From NCBI RefSeq assembly GCF_964355755.1, contig NC_092680.1:3658001-3722000 (forward strand): a stretch of 64,000 nt of DNA, in the 5' to 3' direction. This DNA comes from Antedon mediterranea (Eukaryota > Animalia > Echinodermata). Under the pieces are notes generated by a model, which did no database searches, had not been told where the DNA came from, and saw nothing but the letters and a program-made list of their open reading frames with translations. Position 1 is the first letter of the stretch, and each line of letters opens with the position of its first letter. Of this stretch, positions 24,701-39,700 are shown one piece after another. The position numbers were made by a program, and so were the translations under genes.

Positions 24701-27700
24701 ATTATAAATATAAAGTATATTAAAATATTCTAATAATTACACTTACCGAAAATTAGTGTAAAAGAAAGGAAACAGTACACACCGTTTTTAACATACTTTT
24801 TCATTTGTTTTTTTTATAATTTTAAATTTCACCATTAAAAAAATTTGTTTTTTTCATATACACATTTAAAATATATTTATTAATGAAATATACACTACAT
24901 TCTAACAAGTACAAAAAAAATTAAATGAATTAGTACAGTAGTTCAAAAGTTACAGATCATTGAAAAATTGCAGTTTTTTCATTTTTTAGGGAATTCCAGC
25001 AAAAATGGGCGTTAAATGCTTTCCTACCACTTTGCGGACCAATAATTTAAAAAATAGGTTTCGTTGAGGCTCCAAAAAAAATAGAGTTGTACAACTCTGT
25101 GATATCTATAGGTTTAACAAAATTCAAAACTTTTAACTAATTATTGTAAAAGTTATAACCTTTTAAAAATGCTTCCAATTTCAACTGCAAAAAACACCAT
25201 TTTTAGGCAAAAAATCGTATATTTTTTTACCACTTTAAATAACCATAACTTTAGAACGGGTAATCGGATTTCAATCATTTAAATTGCAAAATGCTAATTA
25301 CATTAAGTTCTTTATGGTTAACTGAAAGAAAATGTAAAAAAATTAATCTGAATTTTTTCATTGGGATACCTACATTAATGGGACAAAACAATGACAACAC
25401 AATAACTAAATTTAAAATGTATAATCTATGTAATAATACCAGGGACTATACAACTATAACCTTCGATGACAGGAAGGATGAGTATTCCCTGGAACAGCTA
25501 AGGTAACAATTAACAATAGAAAACATAAATGGTGTATGAAGGGACAAGGGCACAAAGATAATTACAAGGAGCGAAACAAAATTTAGCATTCGCCTCGAAT
25601 CTGCCCGAGGGAGAAATATTTTGTGACATTTATCATATAACATTTTAGTTGTCAAAGAAGTGGGAACTGAGTGATTTTTAATTTGATAACTGGGCAACAA
25701 GAAACATTCACCAGTGTTTTTAATCCATAAACACTCCCTACTACTAACTCTAAATTAATCTTCTCTTTCACATCAAAATAAACAAACCTCTGTCATCTTT
25801 GATGAAAGTTCCTTAATTTTCTTTTCAAACATGTCCTCTTTCTCGCTGGCAGTCTCCTCAGCCCTCGACAGTTCCTTGACTTGGTTTTGTAGGAGTGATG
25901 TTTCTTCTGTCAACTCCTGCACTTTGCTGTTGGCGACAAATATAATATGGTTTTAAATTTGTTGATTCAATGAAATTTACACTGGAGTACATTTCTTCAC
26001 AATCGTACATCCAAAATTTAGAATATTGCCCCAAATTCTTGTCTAATAATTGAGAAAGCATAAACAGACGGCTGTATCAGAAACAAGGTGTGGTTAGCAC
26101 ACAATGTTTTTACCAACGCACCACTAGAATATGTAGCTATTGAGTTAAAAGTCATTCTGAATATGCTTAGAAACATTTATTTGACTCAATAGCCACGTAG
26201 TCCAGTGTTCTGGTTTTCTCTAAACTCTAAACACACTCCTTTGTTACTGTACATACAGCACACAATTGAACATTTTAAAAACATATTTCTAGTAAAAACA
26301 ATCCAAACTAAATTAATAAATAACATTATGTGTTAAGATTTAACATGTGTCAAACATGTGTTATTATAACAATGCAATAACATTATATGCCCTAAATCAT
26401 GTTAATTCATATTAAATAAACGCATCATTAAACAACGAAAACATATTCTTGCTCAATCATCTATGGTTATGTTAATTATGACAAAAAATGTTAGAACTAA
26501 ACCAGATTTCTACATTAATGGATGCTGTAAGAGAAAAGATTGTAGTTAAAACATTCAAAAACTAAAGTTAAATGACAATTACTGACCAAATAAGGTAGTA
26601 ATGAACACAATATGGTGGTCAAATAATAAAGTACAGTACTATGTACACAAAATGGTAGGTTCAGGTTAGATGGACAATATTGTACCAATATGGCACTTGG
26701 ACACAATATGGTGGTCAAGTAATAAAGTACTATGTACACAAAATGGTAGGTTCAGGTTAGATGGACAATATTGTACCAATATGGCACTTGGACACAAAAT
26801 GGCAGTCATGTTAAACGCACAATTATTGTACCTACAAAAACAAAATGGTGGTCATGTTTAAATGGAAATATTGGACCAATATGGCACTTGGACAGAAAAT
26901 GGTGGTCATGTTTAAATGGAAATATTGGGCCAATATGGCACTTGGACAAAAATGGTGGTCATGTTTAAATGGAAATATTGGACCAAATAAGGTACTGTAC
27001 TAAGACACAAAATGGCGGTAAAGTTAAATGGAATGTCACTTTGCAATGGGATATTGATTAGTACTAAACGTCACTAAATCCATTCGTAAATCATGCGTTT
27101 ATGAAAAACAAAGAAATGTATTATTATTTGTTACTTCCACAATTCAACACCCTATAATAAAAGTGTAAATGTACGGACTATATGTTAGAAGGGATTTTCC
27201 TTGCATGTAAGTAGGGGAATGCTTTGGTATCCTGACTTAGTATGTAAGCTGTAAAAAATGCTAAATTAGAAATGTATTAAGATGATTGTTATTATTATTA
27301 CTGGTGATACTATTAACTCCATGAAGATTGTTGCTAAACTTCAAGCGCGTGTCGAAATCCATGCTGCTGCGGTTTTAGAACAATCACTAAGAAGAACAGC
27401 GCATGCAAATCTACTGTAAAACGGCAGTGTGTTATCAAACTATTGCCGTGACAGCACCTAACCTTTCTGCCTGACTGGCACGCTCTTCAGTACGCTCCAA
27501 TTCACCTTCTGTTACGGTCAACTTTCGCTGCACCTAGATTTTAATGTATGAAAACATGTATTTATTTACTCGAATTAAAAAAGAAGGCAGGATCAGTAGA
27601 TTTAGGCAAACAGATATCTATTCTGGTTATCTTGCTCCTCGGGGAGAATATGGCATTTGTCGATTCATCCAGTAAGTTAGGCACGAAATAGACTTTATAT

Positions 27701-30700
27701 TATTTTTATTATTTTATGTTTAAAGAATATATAAATTTGTACTGAAAACAAATTTTGTTCATTTGCAAGTCAAATTCGATTTCATAATCACCAGAATAAT
27801 ATCTGTTGCGTCTAATCCTACCAATTCTGCCTTCGTGTATTATGTAATCAAAACCATAATCTCACCTTTTAGCAACGCTAAGTTGTTGATCATACCTATC
27901 ATTTTCAGCTTCAAGTATCTTATTCTTGTTACTCACCTAGTGAGTAGGAGGGATAAAACAAACATTTCATTGATGAAAAAAAAAAAAATTAAAAAATGTA
28001 CCAGAAAAGATGTACTGTACATGTAGCAACAGGAATGATATTATATTATACACGATGGTCAATAACACATTTGATAAAAATATGTTCAAGTAAATAAATG
28101 CGTGGTTTGTATCCAGAAAATAATTGTCTGTTTTAATGTATTGTAGTTTGTTGACTGCTACAAAAAATATTGTATTTGAGAAGCGATTGCCAGATGTATT
28201 GGTAATTTACATATTGTTCATATTTGTGCTGTGGTTCAAATAGGAAGGTACTGTAGCTCTTAAGCGTGGTTCCCACTAGCGACGCAACCCAAGGACGTAA
28301 CGCAAGTGAATTGACTAATCACAAGCGATGGTTTATTCGCTTGTGATTGCTAACTGTCTATAACTTCGCTTGTCATTGGTTAAAACGCTTGCGTTGCGTT
28401 TACGTCTTTGCGTTACGTTCTAGTGGGAACCAAGCTTAAAACTAGCCAACAATTTGGTAGTGACCACATTTTAAAACTTAAGTTTTGTGCAATAGTGTGT
28501 GTGTATTCTGTATATTAATTTTTGTATATTTTATATTTATCTGTTTTTTTCGTACTATTTGCCAATCTTGAAGAAGAATTTCTATTGTTATTTTATTATG
28601 ATAATAATTGACAAATAATGCATTTATTATTCAATGTAAATTAGCTTTAGTCTTCCCAAATAACACTTGAATATTTAAGAAAGTTAAAAGGTAAAGGTTG
28701 TCAAAGGTCAAGAAAGTATACAGATACTATTAATTGTTCAAATAATTTTTCCCTCAAATGAATTTTCTTCAATTATAAACCGCAATTAAGAGTAAATTAT
28801 TATCTCATTTGTTGCCATGGTTACTGATTGTTACCTCTTCAAATTTGCGGTCAGTCTCCTCTGCAATTTCCTTTAACTTTTGTACTTGTTCCTCCAAAGA
28901 AGCAATCTGGAAACAAACATCAAACAAATTAATAAAATACTTCAAAATAATTTGCTTATCGGTGAAATTGTATAAAGCTCTATACATTATCAATTTTATG
29001 TGACAACAAAATGTTATGTGCCCATATATAGACTTGATGATGATCATATCACTACCATATTTGGGCATATCACTAGCATACTTGGGCACATCAGTTTGAA
29101 AGTGTAGACAGAGCTTTAAATAAATGTTTGCTTACCTTCTCATCATCTGTATTGCTGCGGTTTTCCAATACTTTCCTCATCCTATAAAATAAAAATAATA
29201 TGCGAGCTTGAAACAGTGATGAGAAGAAAAGTATTGTATTAAACCAGACATTATGCTACCCCGTGTCTATGGATATCATGCGTCCAAATTATCACTTCAT
29301 TCAATACAATTTTGTTTGTAAATTAATTGTAATTGTATGGAAATATTTTTCCAGTAAAAAAGTAATATATTTTTATTACATTGCAACTTCCACGCCCTCC
29401 TAACAGACACCACGCCACGGACAATATGTACATACTGTTGGTATTTGTCGCAGCCAGACATAAGATCAAAGGACTAGTACAAGTTCCTATCTTGGCAAGG
29501 CAAGCTCAGTGTCCCGATGGCCTTGCTTCTAGTGTATATTATGTTAATAGGATATAAGTATTCTATCCAGGGTAATCTAATTTTCAAATAACACTAGTGA
29601 GAAGAATAGCATATCCTTTATGAATATTTAAGAGACAATTGTACTGCATATAAAACATTATTCAAATACTTCTAATACTAACTATATTACTTTAATATAA
29701 TAAATACAGTACGGTATATTATCATATCATGTTATTTTTCATTTTATTATAAATATGATCATACATCGTACACAGGACCAAAAGATTTACATCCCATTCA
29801 AAGGATGATGCAAAGCGAGTATCTTGTCCAAGGATACCACATAGAGGAATCGAACCTATGCCTCTTACATGCTAGTTCAAATCCCTCATCATTATGCCAC
29901 TCTACTGTATGTTTTGATGTCTCTATGACAAAATGAATACAAGCTGTGATATAATGATAGCAAACGTCAGACAGTACACAAACCTGTCACCTTGCATTTC
30001 TTCAGATTCTATTGATCTTATCACACCCTTTTAATTTCCGATATAATCGGTATCAAGTCCACTGAATTAGACCGTAAGGATTTCCTATCTGATATGATAA
30101 TCATGTTTATTGCAGTGTATACTGTAACTTACTCAGTATAACATTCATCTGCTTAAAGAGAAATTTAAATTTAAACCGCATATTGTAGCTTGTCACATGT
30201 AGAATCTGTATCTATCCTGAGCGGAATTGGCTTATATTCCAGGGGAAGGGCTGGGATTTGTGGATGGGTGGAAAGAGGGTCGGAATGCATTATCGGAGTA
30301 GGTTTCCATGTGTATGATCAAAAAATGACCGGCATAACAATGTGAAGCATGCAGATGTTGTTACAATCCAGTGTACATAATGGAAAAGGATTTGTACAAT
30401 AACTCTGTACCTCTATATCATCTATGGATCTTTAATACATTATTAAATATTTGAGATAATAATTAATGGAAAAGAGTGCATGTTACTCATCTTTCTACTG
30501 TAGATGTGTTTAATTAACAAGAGATCCCACTAGACTACAATATAGATGGTAACACTTTCTAATTAACTTGCTAAATACAGTACTTTTTCAAAGAAAACAT
30601 GTCATCAACTAATATTTTCGTAAAAGGTATCAGTACAAAATGATTCTATTCTGTAAAAAGTCATTTTGAAAACCAGAGTGTTTGGAATTAAATGTTAATG

Positions 30701-33700
30701 ATTATTATACCTCTATAGTAAGTAGTAATGGCATAATTGAAAATTTAAATGTTTTTAATAAAGGTAAGGAATTAATTTATAATTTATCCATTAATGGCTA
30801 GAGATTACCGCCAAGCCAAACTGATAATTACTGTCAGAATCCAACAAAACAAAAACTGTCGCTGCAACAAAAAAACAAGGCTTCATATTGAACTCGTAAT
30901 GAAAATATCCTAGTACTGTAAGGTGGGTGTGGTGTGTTGGGTGGGCGTGACATGTGTTGGGTGGGCGTGACATGTGTTGGGTGGGCGTGGCCAGTGTAGG
31001 GGGTGGCCTGAGAAGGTTAGGAAATGGGAACCTACAAAAGCTTTTTATTTTGAACGTGTTTGTCGTGGTCCGACATAAACATTCATCAATTTCATCAGTT
31101 ACAATTCACCGGTGCGTGTTTATCATTACTAAGTTTGTGCCAGTAATTAGGAGAAGATACGTTGTATTACAGTATTTCATGATCACACAATTATTAACAA
31201 TTTTACTTAATACTAAATAGTATAAAAGAAATCAATTTCTGAAAGCGTGTTTGGATACTTATATTAATCTACTTTCATCTCTAAATAGAAACCACAATGA
31301 AATGTGATAATTGACTACAGTAATAGAAAAATTCTTTCCAGGTTAGTCATTTGTATTTAGTACAATTTGCATATAGCCCAAGGGATTAACTTAACAGTTT
31401 TAATTTAATACTAAATTGAATACAATAGTTTCATTGTATAAAATGCTAATAGTGAATGAGGTAATAAAAATGAATTGGTTGAATTTACTTTTAATGTGAA
31501 ATGACGAATAGTAACAAGTTTATTATCAATTCACTAAACAATAAAAATCATAGTCTCCATTTCATTCTTTAAAATCTTTCTTTAAAATAATCTGGGCTAG
31601 CATACTGTACCTGAATTAGGTTGTGTTAAGGTAGGAGGGAAGGGAGGCAGGGGGATACCCACCTACAGTACTACAAACAAGGCTTATTTTAACCTTTGAA
31701 CTACACTTAATCCTTGCACTCCATTTAATTTTACCATGTAACAACTATCAAAGAAACCTAAGACTTTCAATGACAGCAGAATATAAAATAATAAGATGTG
31801 TCCATATGGACATGATGATGTCATATCACTACCGTATTTGAGAATATCATTACCATATTTGGGTACAAAACACTTTTTTTTGTCATTGAACTAGTTAGTT
31901 GATAGTGTAGACAGATCTTAAGACCTTGTTTATGTAATACTGTATATCCTCAATTTTAAAGACCATGTAATATTGTACATCCTTAATTTACAGTAATTAT
32001 GATAATCCTACAGACCCAACCCAAACAAATTGTAATATAATCGGATCCTGTAACAAAATTGAACAAACAATTTTTGTATCCACCAAGTTTCTGTGAGTGG
32101 GCAGTGGCGAAAAAATGTTACCATCACCCGAGGTTCAAGATGCACTAAAGGTCAACGGTGGTCAATCAAATAAACACCTTTGTAGCTAAAAGTTACACAG
32201 CGATAAACGGTTACAACTACATACTAATCGTTATTTTCATTTAACCGTTTCTGCTGCCAAAAATTGGGGAAAAACTAATTAATTCACATGGAAAATTAAT
32301 CATCTATTTTTATGCAGCAGAAACACTACCTATGTCTACTTGCAACAGGCAAACTCTGTTCAACACCGGATACCTGTGGGCTTTAAGAAATGATAGTATT
32401 ACTGTACGAATATGTTTTGAATCGTTAAAAAAAGAAATTAGGACCTTTTTAACCTCTCGATAGTTTGTTTTTTGGAAGACTTTCCGGTTTTTAAAGAGTC
32501 TGGTATTGAGAGAGTTGATTTTAGTTCAAAATGAAGAATGTGGTTTGCAATATAAAACAGTGAAACCCCTGTTTTAATTTTCTATCCATATGAGTCTTCG
32601 ATTTTTCACACTTCATCAAGTTATAATGGTAAATGCAGGAGCCTTGCTAAGTACTATTACTCAACAAGTTTCTATTCAAAGAACTAAGTCTCTTCCACAA
32701 TAGAATTCACTAAGAATACTCAGCACAGCAAACAATGCGTTGTATAATTAGCCAACAGTTTGGGATAATAGAACCGCTTAAAATGTTTGTTAGTCTCTGA
32801 TTAGATCATGGACTATGAATGGAATTTGGTGAAACTATAATGATTCAAGTGGGGTTTATTCAAATCCTTTATACAAACGCATTTACTACAAAGGACTAGT
32901 AGTAGAATAACCATTCTAGAAAAATATATTTCAAACTATAAGTAATTAGACTATAAAGCTCTGTCTACACTATCAAAATATGTGATATGCCCATACTGTA
33001 CATGGACATGATGATGTAATATCACTAACATATTTGAAAATATCACTACCATATTTAGGCACAACACACTAGTTTGATAAGTGTAGACAGAGCATTGGTA
33101 ATCAAATTTCGATTCTGATAACAGTGTGCATTATGTTTATTGTGACAGTTAGCTGGAAACGTATTGTAATAGACGGCTTTTAATTTGCGAAGACCGAAAA
33201 AAGTCATGTCAATTCATTGTATGCATGCCGGGATGTTGGGACACACTTCCTTGTTCCACACATAGACATTTACGACATGGTTCGGGCAATGAACAAGTAG
33301 GTTAGCTCAAACGATGCGTCGTTCGTTGTCGTAGATTGAAAGCCCCCTCATTAAACTATATAAACCGGTCCTTTTAATGAGTATATTGTAACTTGGTTTT
33401 GACAACCACCATCACTTCTCTATGTCATCTTTAGGAAAAGGTTTATCACCTTTATTTAAACTCGAAATGATAGATTTTCTCCATTTTTAATCATATCCTT
33501 AAGCTCTGTATACACTATCAAACTTTATGTGACAACAAAATGTGATGTGCCTATATATGGACACGGTGATGTCATATTACTAGAATATTTACAGTAGGCA
33601 CATCACACTTGTCAGAACTAGTTTGATAATGTAGACAGAGTTTTTAAGATCACATTTTTTATCATCATCTATATTTGGCGAGTTGCTGGATGCATATGAA

Positions 33701-36700
33701 ATAAAAATCAGAAATTCCAAATGAAAAACTAAACCTTTAATGTGGAAGTACTAATAGACTCGAACCCCGCACCATAGGATTTGAAATCAACAATCTCAAC
33801 AACTGAGCTGTTTTTATTTAGTGTGTAAGTGTCTACACTAGTGTGCTGTTGTAGTATACTGACTAAGTTATTTTCAATATACTTATTTAAAGTATACACT
33901 AAGTTAACTGTACAGTATTTTTATTACTACAAGATGCAACTGTTAAAACTACCCACTTATACCAATATTAGTTTATTGTTATAATAATAATAAGTTTTTA
34001 TAGAAAGCATTCAAATAAAAAGCTTCATTGTTGCACTTTGTATTATATCTTGAGGTTTACAAAGCTCTACCAGGTCATGTCAAAAGACTTGTACATTTAG
34101 GGATCTTCTTGGAATATTTACTACAAACAAACGCTGTGATCAGGGCGTGAAAATTAGTTGCACACATGGTTTTACTACAGTATTGTCACCCTTTAAAATT
34201 AAGTACTGGTATGCAATGATAAAATGGATAATACCTAACAACTTTTAAAATTATAGTTAAACACAGTTATTTTTCTAAATCATTTAGGGTTTTTGTATAA
34301 GATTTAATATAGAAGGAGCACCTTTAGAAAAATATGATAGACAATTTGGTACGATACGATCTGAGGAAGCCAACTCTAGCATGTCCAACAGTTGTGTAAA
34401 AGCGTCTGTGCCTTCAATTAACAACACAGCAATTGTATTTTGTTTGTTTTTTAGGTTTTGCTTTTTAGTCTAATCTGTATTCAAATAAAACTAAATATTA
34501 ACTGTAACTGGAATTTTTTTAAGGAATGTAGTACCAGAACTTGTGAAATGTTATGCTGTATTTGAACAGAAACAGTATACATATAAAATGTTGATTTAAT
34601 ATAGTAAAATTGTTCATGGTTGACAGCAGCAACAAGTGATAATACATGATTCAAAAGATTCTCAATCTGTTTGTACTACACTCTATAATCAATGCACACA
34701 ATGCATCATAGCATAGGTATTGATTTCCTGATGATAATAGACTTTTATACAGTTGACAAGGTTCTTTCTGAAACACTACAGTGATACCTCAAGCAGGGTC
34801 AAAGTCATGCTACAAAAGATGAACTCTAGACCAGTGCATGACAACACATTTCAACTAGTACACCGACTGCAACGTACATAATGTAAGCCTACGCAGGTCC
34901 TAAACGCCTCACTATCATTGTACCACTGCACATGCCTAACCCTACTAGATGCTAATACACATTTAAGTACTTCTAAATATAACGGAACCCAACCCTCTAA
35001 ATATTCCCCTCTAAATAAGTAGGAGTACAGTACTAAAGTGTAATAACTCAAAGCTTGGTTCCCACTAGCGATGCAACGCAAGGTACAGTATGTGATTTGA
35101 CCAATCACAAGCGATGGACTATTTGAACCGTGGCTTGTCATTGGTCAACGTTGCACTAAGTCCTTGCATTGTGTCTCTAGTCGAAACCACTCTTTATGGC
35201 ATGTGGTACAGTAAGTGTTACTGACATACTGTCTGTGTATTGTTTAGTAGGACTGGGCTACACTGTAAAACAATGTCCTTTTTCCTGTGGTATGTACTAT
35301 ATTGTGATTTAATATGTCCTGTTTTCGTGCAGCGGCTTTAGCCAGCTATATTCCCAGAGGACATAAGCATTCAGAAACAGTTACCACACGCGAAGCTTTT
35401 ACTAATTACTGACACTGACAGAAATGAGAATTTGTAATCCACTTGTTGCCATATTTACCTGTCACTCTCTTCTACTCTCTGTTCAAGCTCTTCAACTTTG
35501 GATGTCTGAGAAGTTACTCTTTCCGATGCCTTCTCATACTCGGTGTCTAGAAGCTGAATTCGTCTATTGAGGTTGTCTCTCTCAAGCTCAGCCTACAAAG
35601 ATGGATAAAAATAAATAAAAGGTGTACACACAATTATCAGTGATAACATAGTAGGACTTGACTAACCTTCAAGTTCACACTTAAGCCGTGTCTACACTAT
35701 CAAACTTTATGTGACAAAAAATTAATATGTATCCATATTGTATGGACATGATACAGTATGTCATATCACTACCATATTTGGGAATGTTACTACCGTACCA
35801 TATTTGGGTATATCACAGGTTTTTTTTCTTCAAACTAGCTTGATAGTGTAAATATACCTTTATATTATAGGATATCCATTCTACCCCACCCACCCCACAA
35901 ATCCCACTCCCAGTAGATACTAACACAGCTTACTACATCTGTGCAAGTCTCTTGTTGAAACAATTACTATATTCTGATTGATACAGTAGCTATTTTCATA
36001 GCTCCATATTATCAAACCTTGAACAGTAAACAGGACTGTAGTACCAAGTTCATACAACAAGGAATGTACAAATCCCTTGTGTTGTTCTAAAACTGTGAAA
36101 ACCCATTCATGAATGAAATATTCACCAACACCAATCAATACTGAGATGATTAAATGATCCAGTCCAGAAGATAATAATGAAATGAAAACAAATTAATTCA
36201 GATTGAGAGAGAACGCTATAAAGACTTATTGAAATTCAATCAGAGAACTATCAAAGATGGAAACTTGATTGTGTTGTCTTCTCCCATACAAATGTAAAGA
36301 CGAGGCAAATTGAGCGGAATATCGGAATATACTGTTATGAATTAGATACAAGTTACAATTTCAACCTAGATAGTCCCTTTAAAATGGGTGTCTCTGAGTA
36401 GGGGTTGGCTGCAGTGTTATAACATACTGTTTACTGTACTGCCCTCGTTTTGCAGGAAAGTTTCTCCTTTAAGCTCTGTCTACACACAAATGTGATGTGC
36501 CCATTATATGGATGATGTCATATCACCATACCATATTTGGGCACATCACACTTTTTTTGTCAAACTTTTTTTGTCAAACTAGTTTGATAGTGTAGACAGA
36601 GCTTAATTGGGATGTCCCCTGATTAGGGATGTCCCCTGAATAGGGATGTCCCCTGAATAGGGATGTCCCCTGAATAGGGATGTCCCCTGAATAGGGATGT

Positions 36701-39700
36701 CCCCTGAATAGGGATGTCCCCTGAATAGGGATGTCCCCTGAATAGGGATGTCCCCTGAATAGGGATGTCCCCTGATTAGGGATGTCCCCTGAATAGGGAT
36801 GTTCCAAAAGAGGGGTTCTATGGTCTTTTGCATGGTGCAGTTTAATGAAACCAAAAAATATGTTAAAAAAATGATTTATATATTTGAATGTAGATGCTGT
36901 CCAGTATTATAATTACATCTTTTTTTTAATTATACAGTATTTTCTTTTGTGATATTATTCAGTGCTTTGGGAAAACTGATCAATAAAAGCTGTTTACCAC
37001 TCAAATATTAATCTGTACAGTACTCAGTGTATATTAATATAATTCAGTCATAAAATTTCTAAACATAACATTTTGTTAATAACGCTTGGCTCATCAACTC
37101 GTCACAAGTAGTCTATAATTACCATCATGCTAATTAGTTCACTAAGCCACCAGTGAAATGATGATTGTCAAAATAATAAATGAATGCATTAATCTTCACC
37201 TCATGTACTGTACACATTGTTTTTATTCTTTTAGTAGAGCACCACCTGTGCTTGCTCATTCCTTATATTTTTATAAATGACAATTGGTAATTGTGTTTTG
37301 TTTAAAATACAGTATCACTATCATACAGTAGTATAGTACTGTAAGTTTATGTAAAAAAAGTACTTTTTATTTTCAAATATTAATGCATTGATATAGCCAT
37401 TAAAAAGATGATTATACTGTATATTGTATACACTTCACTTCAACCAGATTCTCAGAATGAAAAGTTGAACTGTGCGTTAAGATTTATCACTAGACAACAC
37501 TTGCAGAACAGGTGGGTATACAGTATTTCTGTAGTATTTAAAACAGTACACTTAGAGAGAATTCAATTAAGAATGGCTTTCCCTTTGACCCTACAGTACC
37601 TGTATGACTCTAGTCTGGTTACCAATGTCCAGTATATATTTTTAAACTTTCAGTATAAAAATAAAATGCAACATATCAGCCTAGAACTGTGACCTACATT
37701 CCAAAAGATGAGTTGTGGTTGTCAAGGCTAGACACCTTCAACAAGCTATAGGAAGTGTGCTATAGCTCTAATTAGTGTTACAGTATTTGACAGTTTATAC
37801 TGTACTCAAATGAAGGGCAACAGATAAGTGCTCATCCTTAAAAACCAATAAGGCCCACCCTTTCGCACCGAGATCCAGTGGCAGGCAGGGCCTGATAAAA
37901 GCAGTCCTTTTAAAATGCGCAAAATATTTGTACTGTAATTCGGCATGTTTTTTTTTTTTAATTTATTTTTTTTTTATTTCATACTCATCCAACAGCGAGT
38001 AACCCGCCAATTACAGGATGGATGCTGAAATGTTGATTTCAGTCTCAGTGGGAAAGGACCTAATTGGTTTTTAATAGAATGAGCACTTATTTTTTGCCCT
38101 TTCTTGGACAATGCCCACTAAATTACTTTAGGTGTAAGTGTATAAACAGTTACGTACGATGGTAAAACTGTAACTGTCAGTCATTAAATAATAAGAAGTA
38201 TTATTAAACTTCATTGTTTTGGGTTGTCACCATTATTTAAAGAAAAAAATCTTGTATACATTCCTAAATGGCAAATAAGTATGGAATATCTACAGAACTG
38301 ATGATAGACCCATGGGACTATGTGGAAATCTGGCTTCCCAGACTAGGACTTCCAAACATCCCACTTGGGAGATTTGCCACAAAGAAAAATCCAGACATTC
38401 TGTAGTACTATCCTTTCCCCTTTCCTTTATTACTTTGGTGTACCACATGTCTTCACCTCAGCCAGCTTACTAAAATGAAAGTACCAACAAAATACTATCA
38501 AAAGTGGTTACTCACTGTACTCAACAATATAAAGTATTGTACTTTACTGATCACTGTACAGCTAGGATAGTAACTGCTAATATAATGCCTTAGAGTGGGC
38601 GGTAAAACTCCAAAACAATTACTAAGTGTCATTGACCTTTCTACCGGGTACTACGGTATGGTTTTATTGTAAATTGTCAAAAAAACTAAACTCTCTTTTA
38701 AAAAACACTATATAGTACTGTAGTAAGTGTACAAATATACTGTTCATAATACTAGTACAGTATAATATTAACCCACTATAGTACTACTGTACCTTACAAT
38801 ATGAATTGATTTGCTTTACACTTTAAACTGGGTTTAAAAAAAATCTTGTTCTGAGAATGAAATGGATTGTGTATCATACAGTACCTAGTGTAAATATCAG
38901 GTATGCTCAAATTTTAGTATGATAATTACAAATAACACAATCAATCAATCAGACAACATATATAGCGCCAGTATCCATAAAAATAATGTTTAAATTCGCT
39001 TGACAAATTTAAACAGGAAATTCTTCCAAGTACAGGTGTGTTTTCAGTCATATTTTGAAGGTGTTGGGGTTTTCTGGTGTCTTTATGACTATTGGTAGTG
39101 TACAGTAATATCATGGGGAAAAGATACATCATGACATTTATAGGAAAGCCAAGTATGTGCTAGAATTGAATACCAACCTTGGGTCATTAAAATACTGTAC
39201 AGGACTGTTTTGCATACTTGCTATTCGTTAAGCTCTGTCTACACTATCAAACTAGTTTGACAAAAAGGTGTAGACAGGGCTTTAAAATAAAAGAACAATA
39301 GGTGACACTGGAGAATAATACTTTAAAAAACAAAAGACCACCTGCAATACTGTCTTGTTTGTTAGACAGGACTATTTAAAAGTAAAGTACTACACTAGTG
39401 AAAGCACCATTATTCTCCTCTAATAACCTTTTAATTACTTATACACAAGAAAGGTGACAATCTGTGGAGTCACCAAATACCTCAGTGGCCTCTATTTATC
39501 TTCAACTTTACCCTATATTTAGTAGCTGAATTGTTTCCTTGTTGGATACCATATAGTGTCTAATGATCTTATTTAACTGATCCAGGGTTTAGAATTCCTC
39601 TAATGTTTTGGAACTAACCTCAGGGCATTCTCAATTTAGAAAATAAAATATTAATAGTTTTGGAAATAACTTTTTCAAAAGTTTTGGAAAAACTGTAATA

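Noticed and set aside
27300-27420. Short ORF-like GC-richer stretch next to exon 5
   Set aside because: Using its minus-strand acceptor would need a ~49-nt intron and gives a premature stop; the plus-strand ORF is short with no recognisable similarity.
30133-30148. 16-nt poison microexon candidate (cag|..|gtaagt)
   Set aside because: Only splice-like motifs, which are common by chance in AT-rich introns; no other support.
32453-32600. Possible alternative first exon joining exon 4 in phase 2 (..QTIER)
   Set aside because: Weak donor (GTTAAA), an upstream in-frame stop with no ATG, and no coiled-coil character.
33758-33810. tRNA gene (likewise 7113-7174)
   Set aside because: A/B-box remnants only, with no complete cloverleaf; at most SINE or pseudogene debris.
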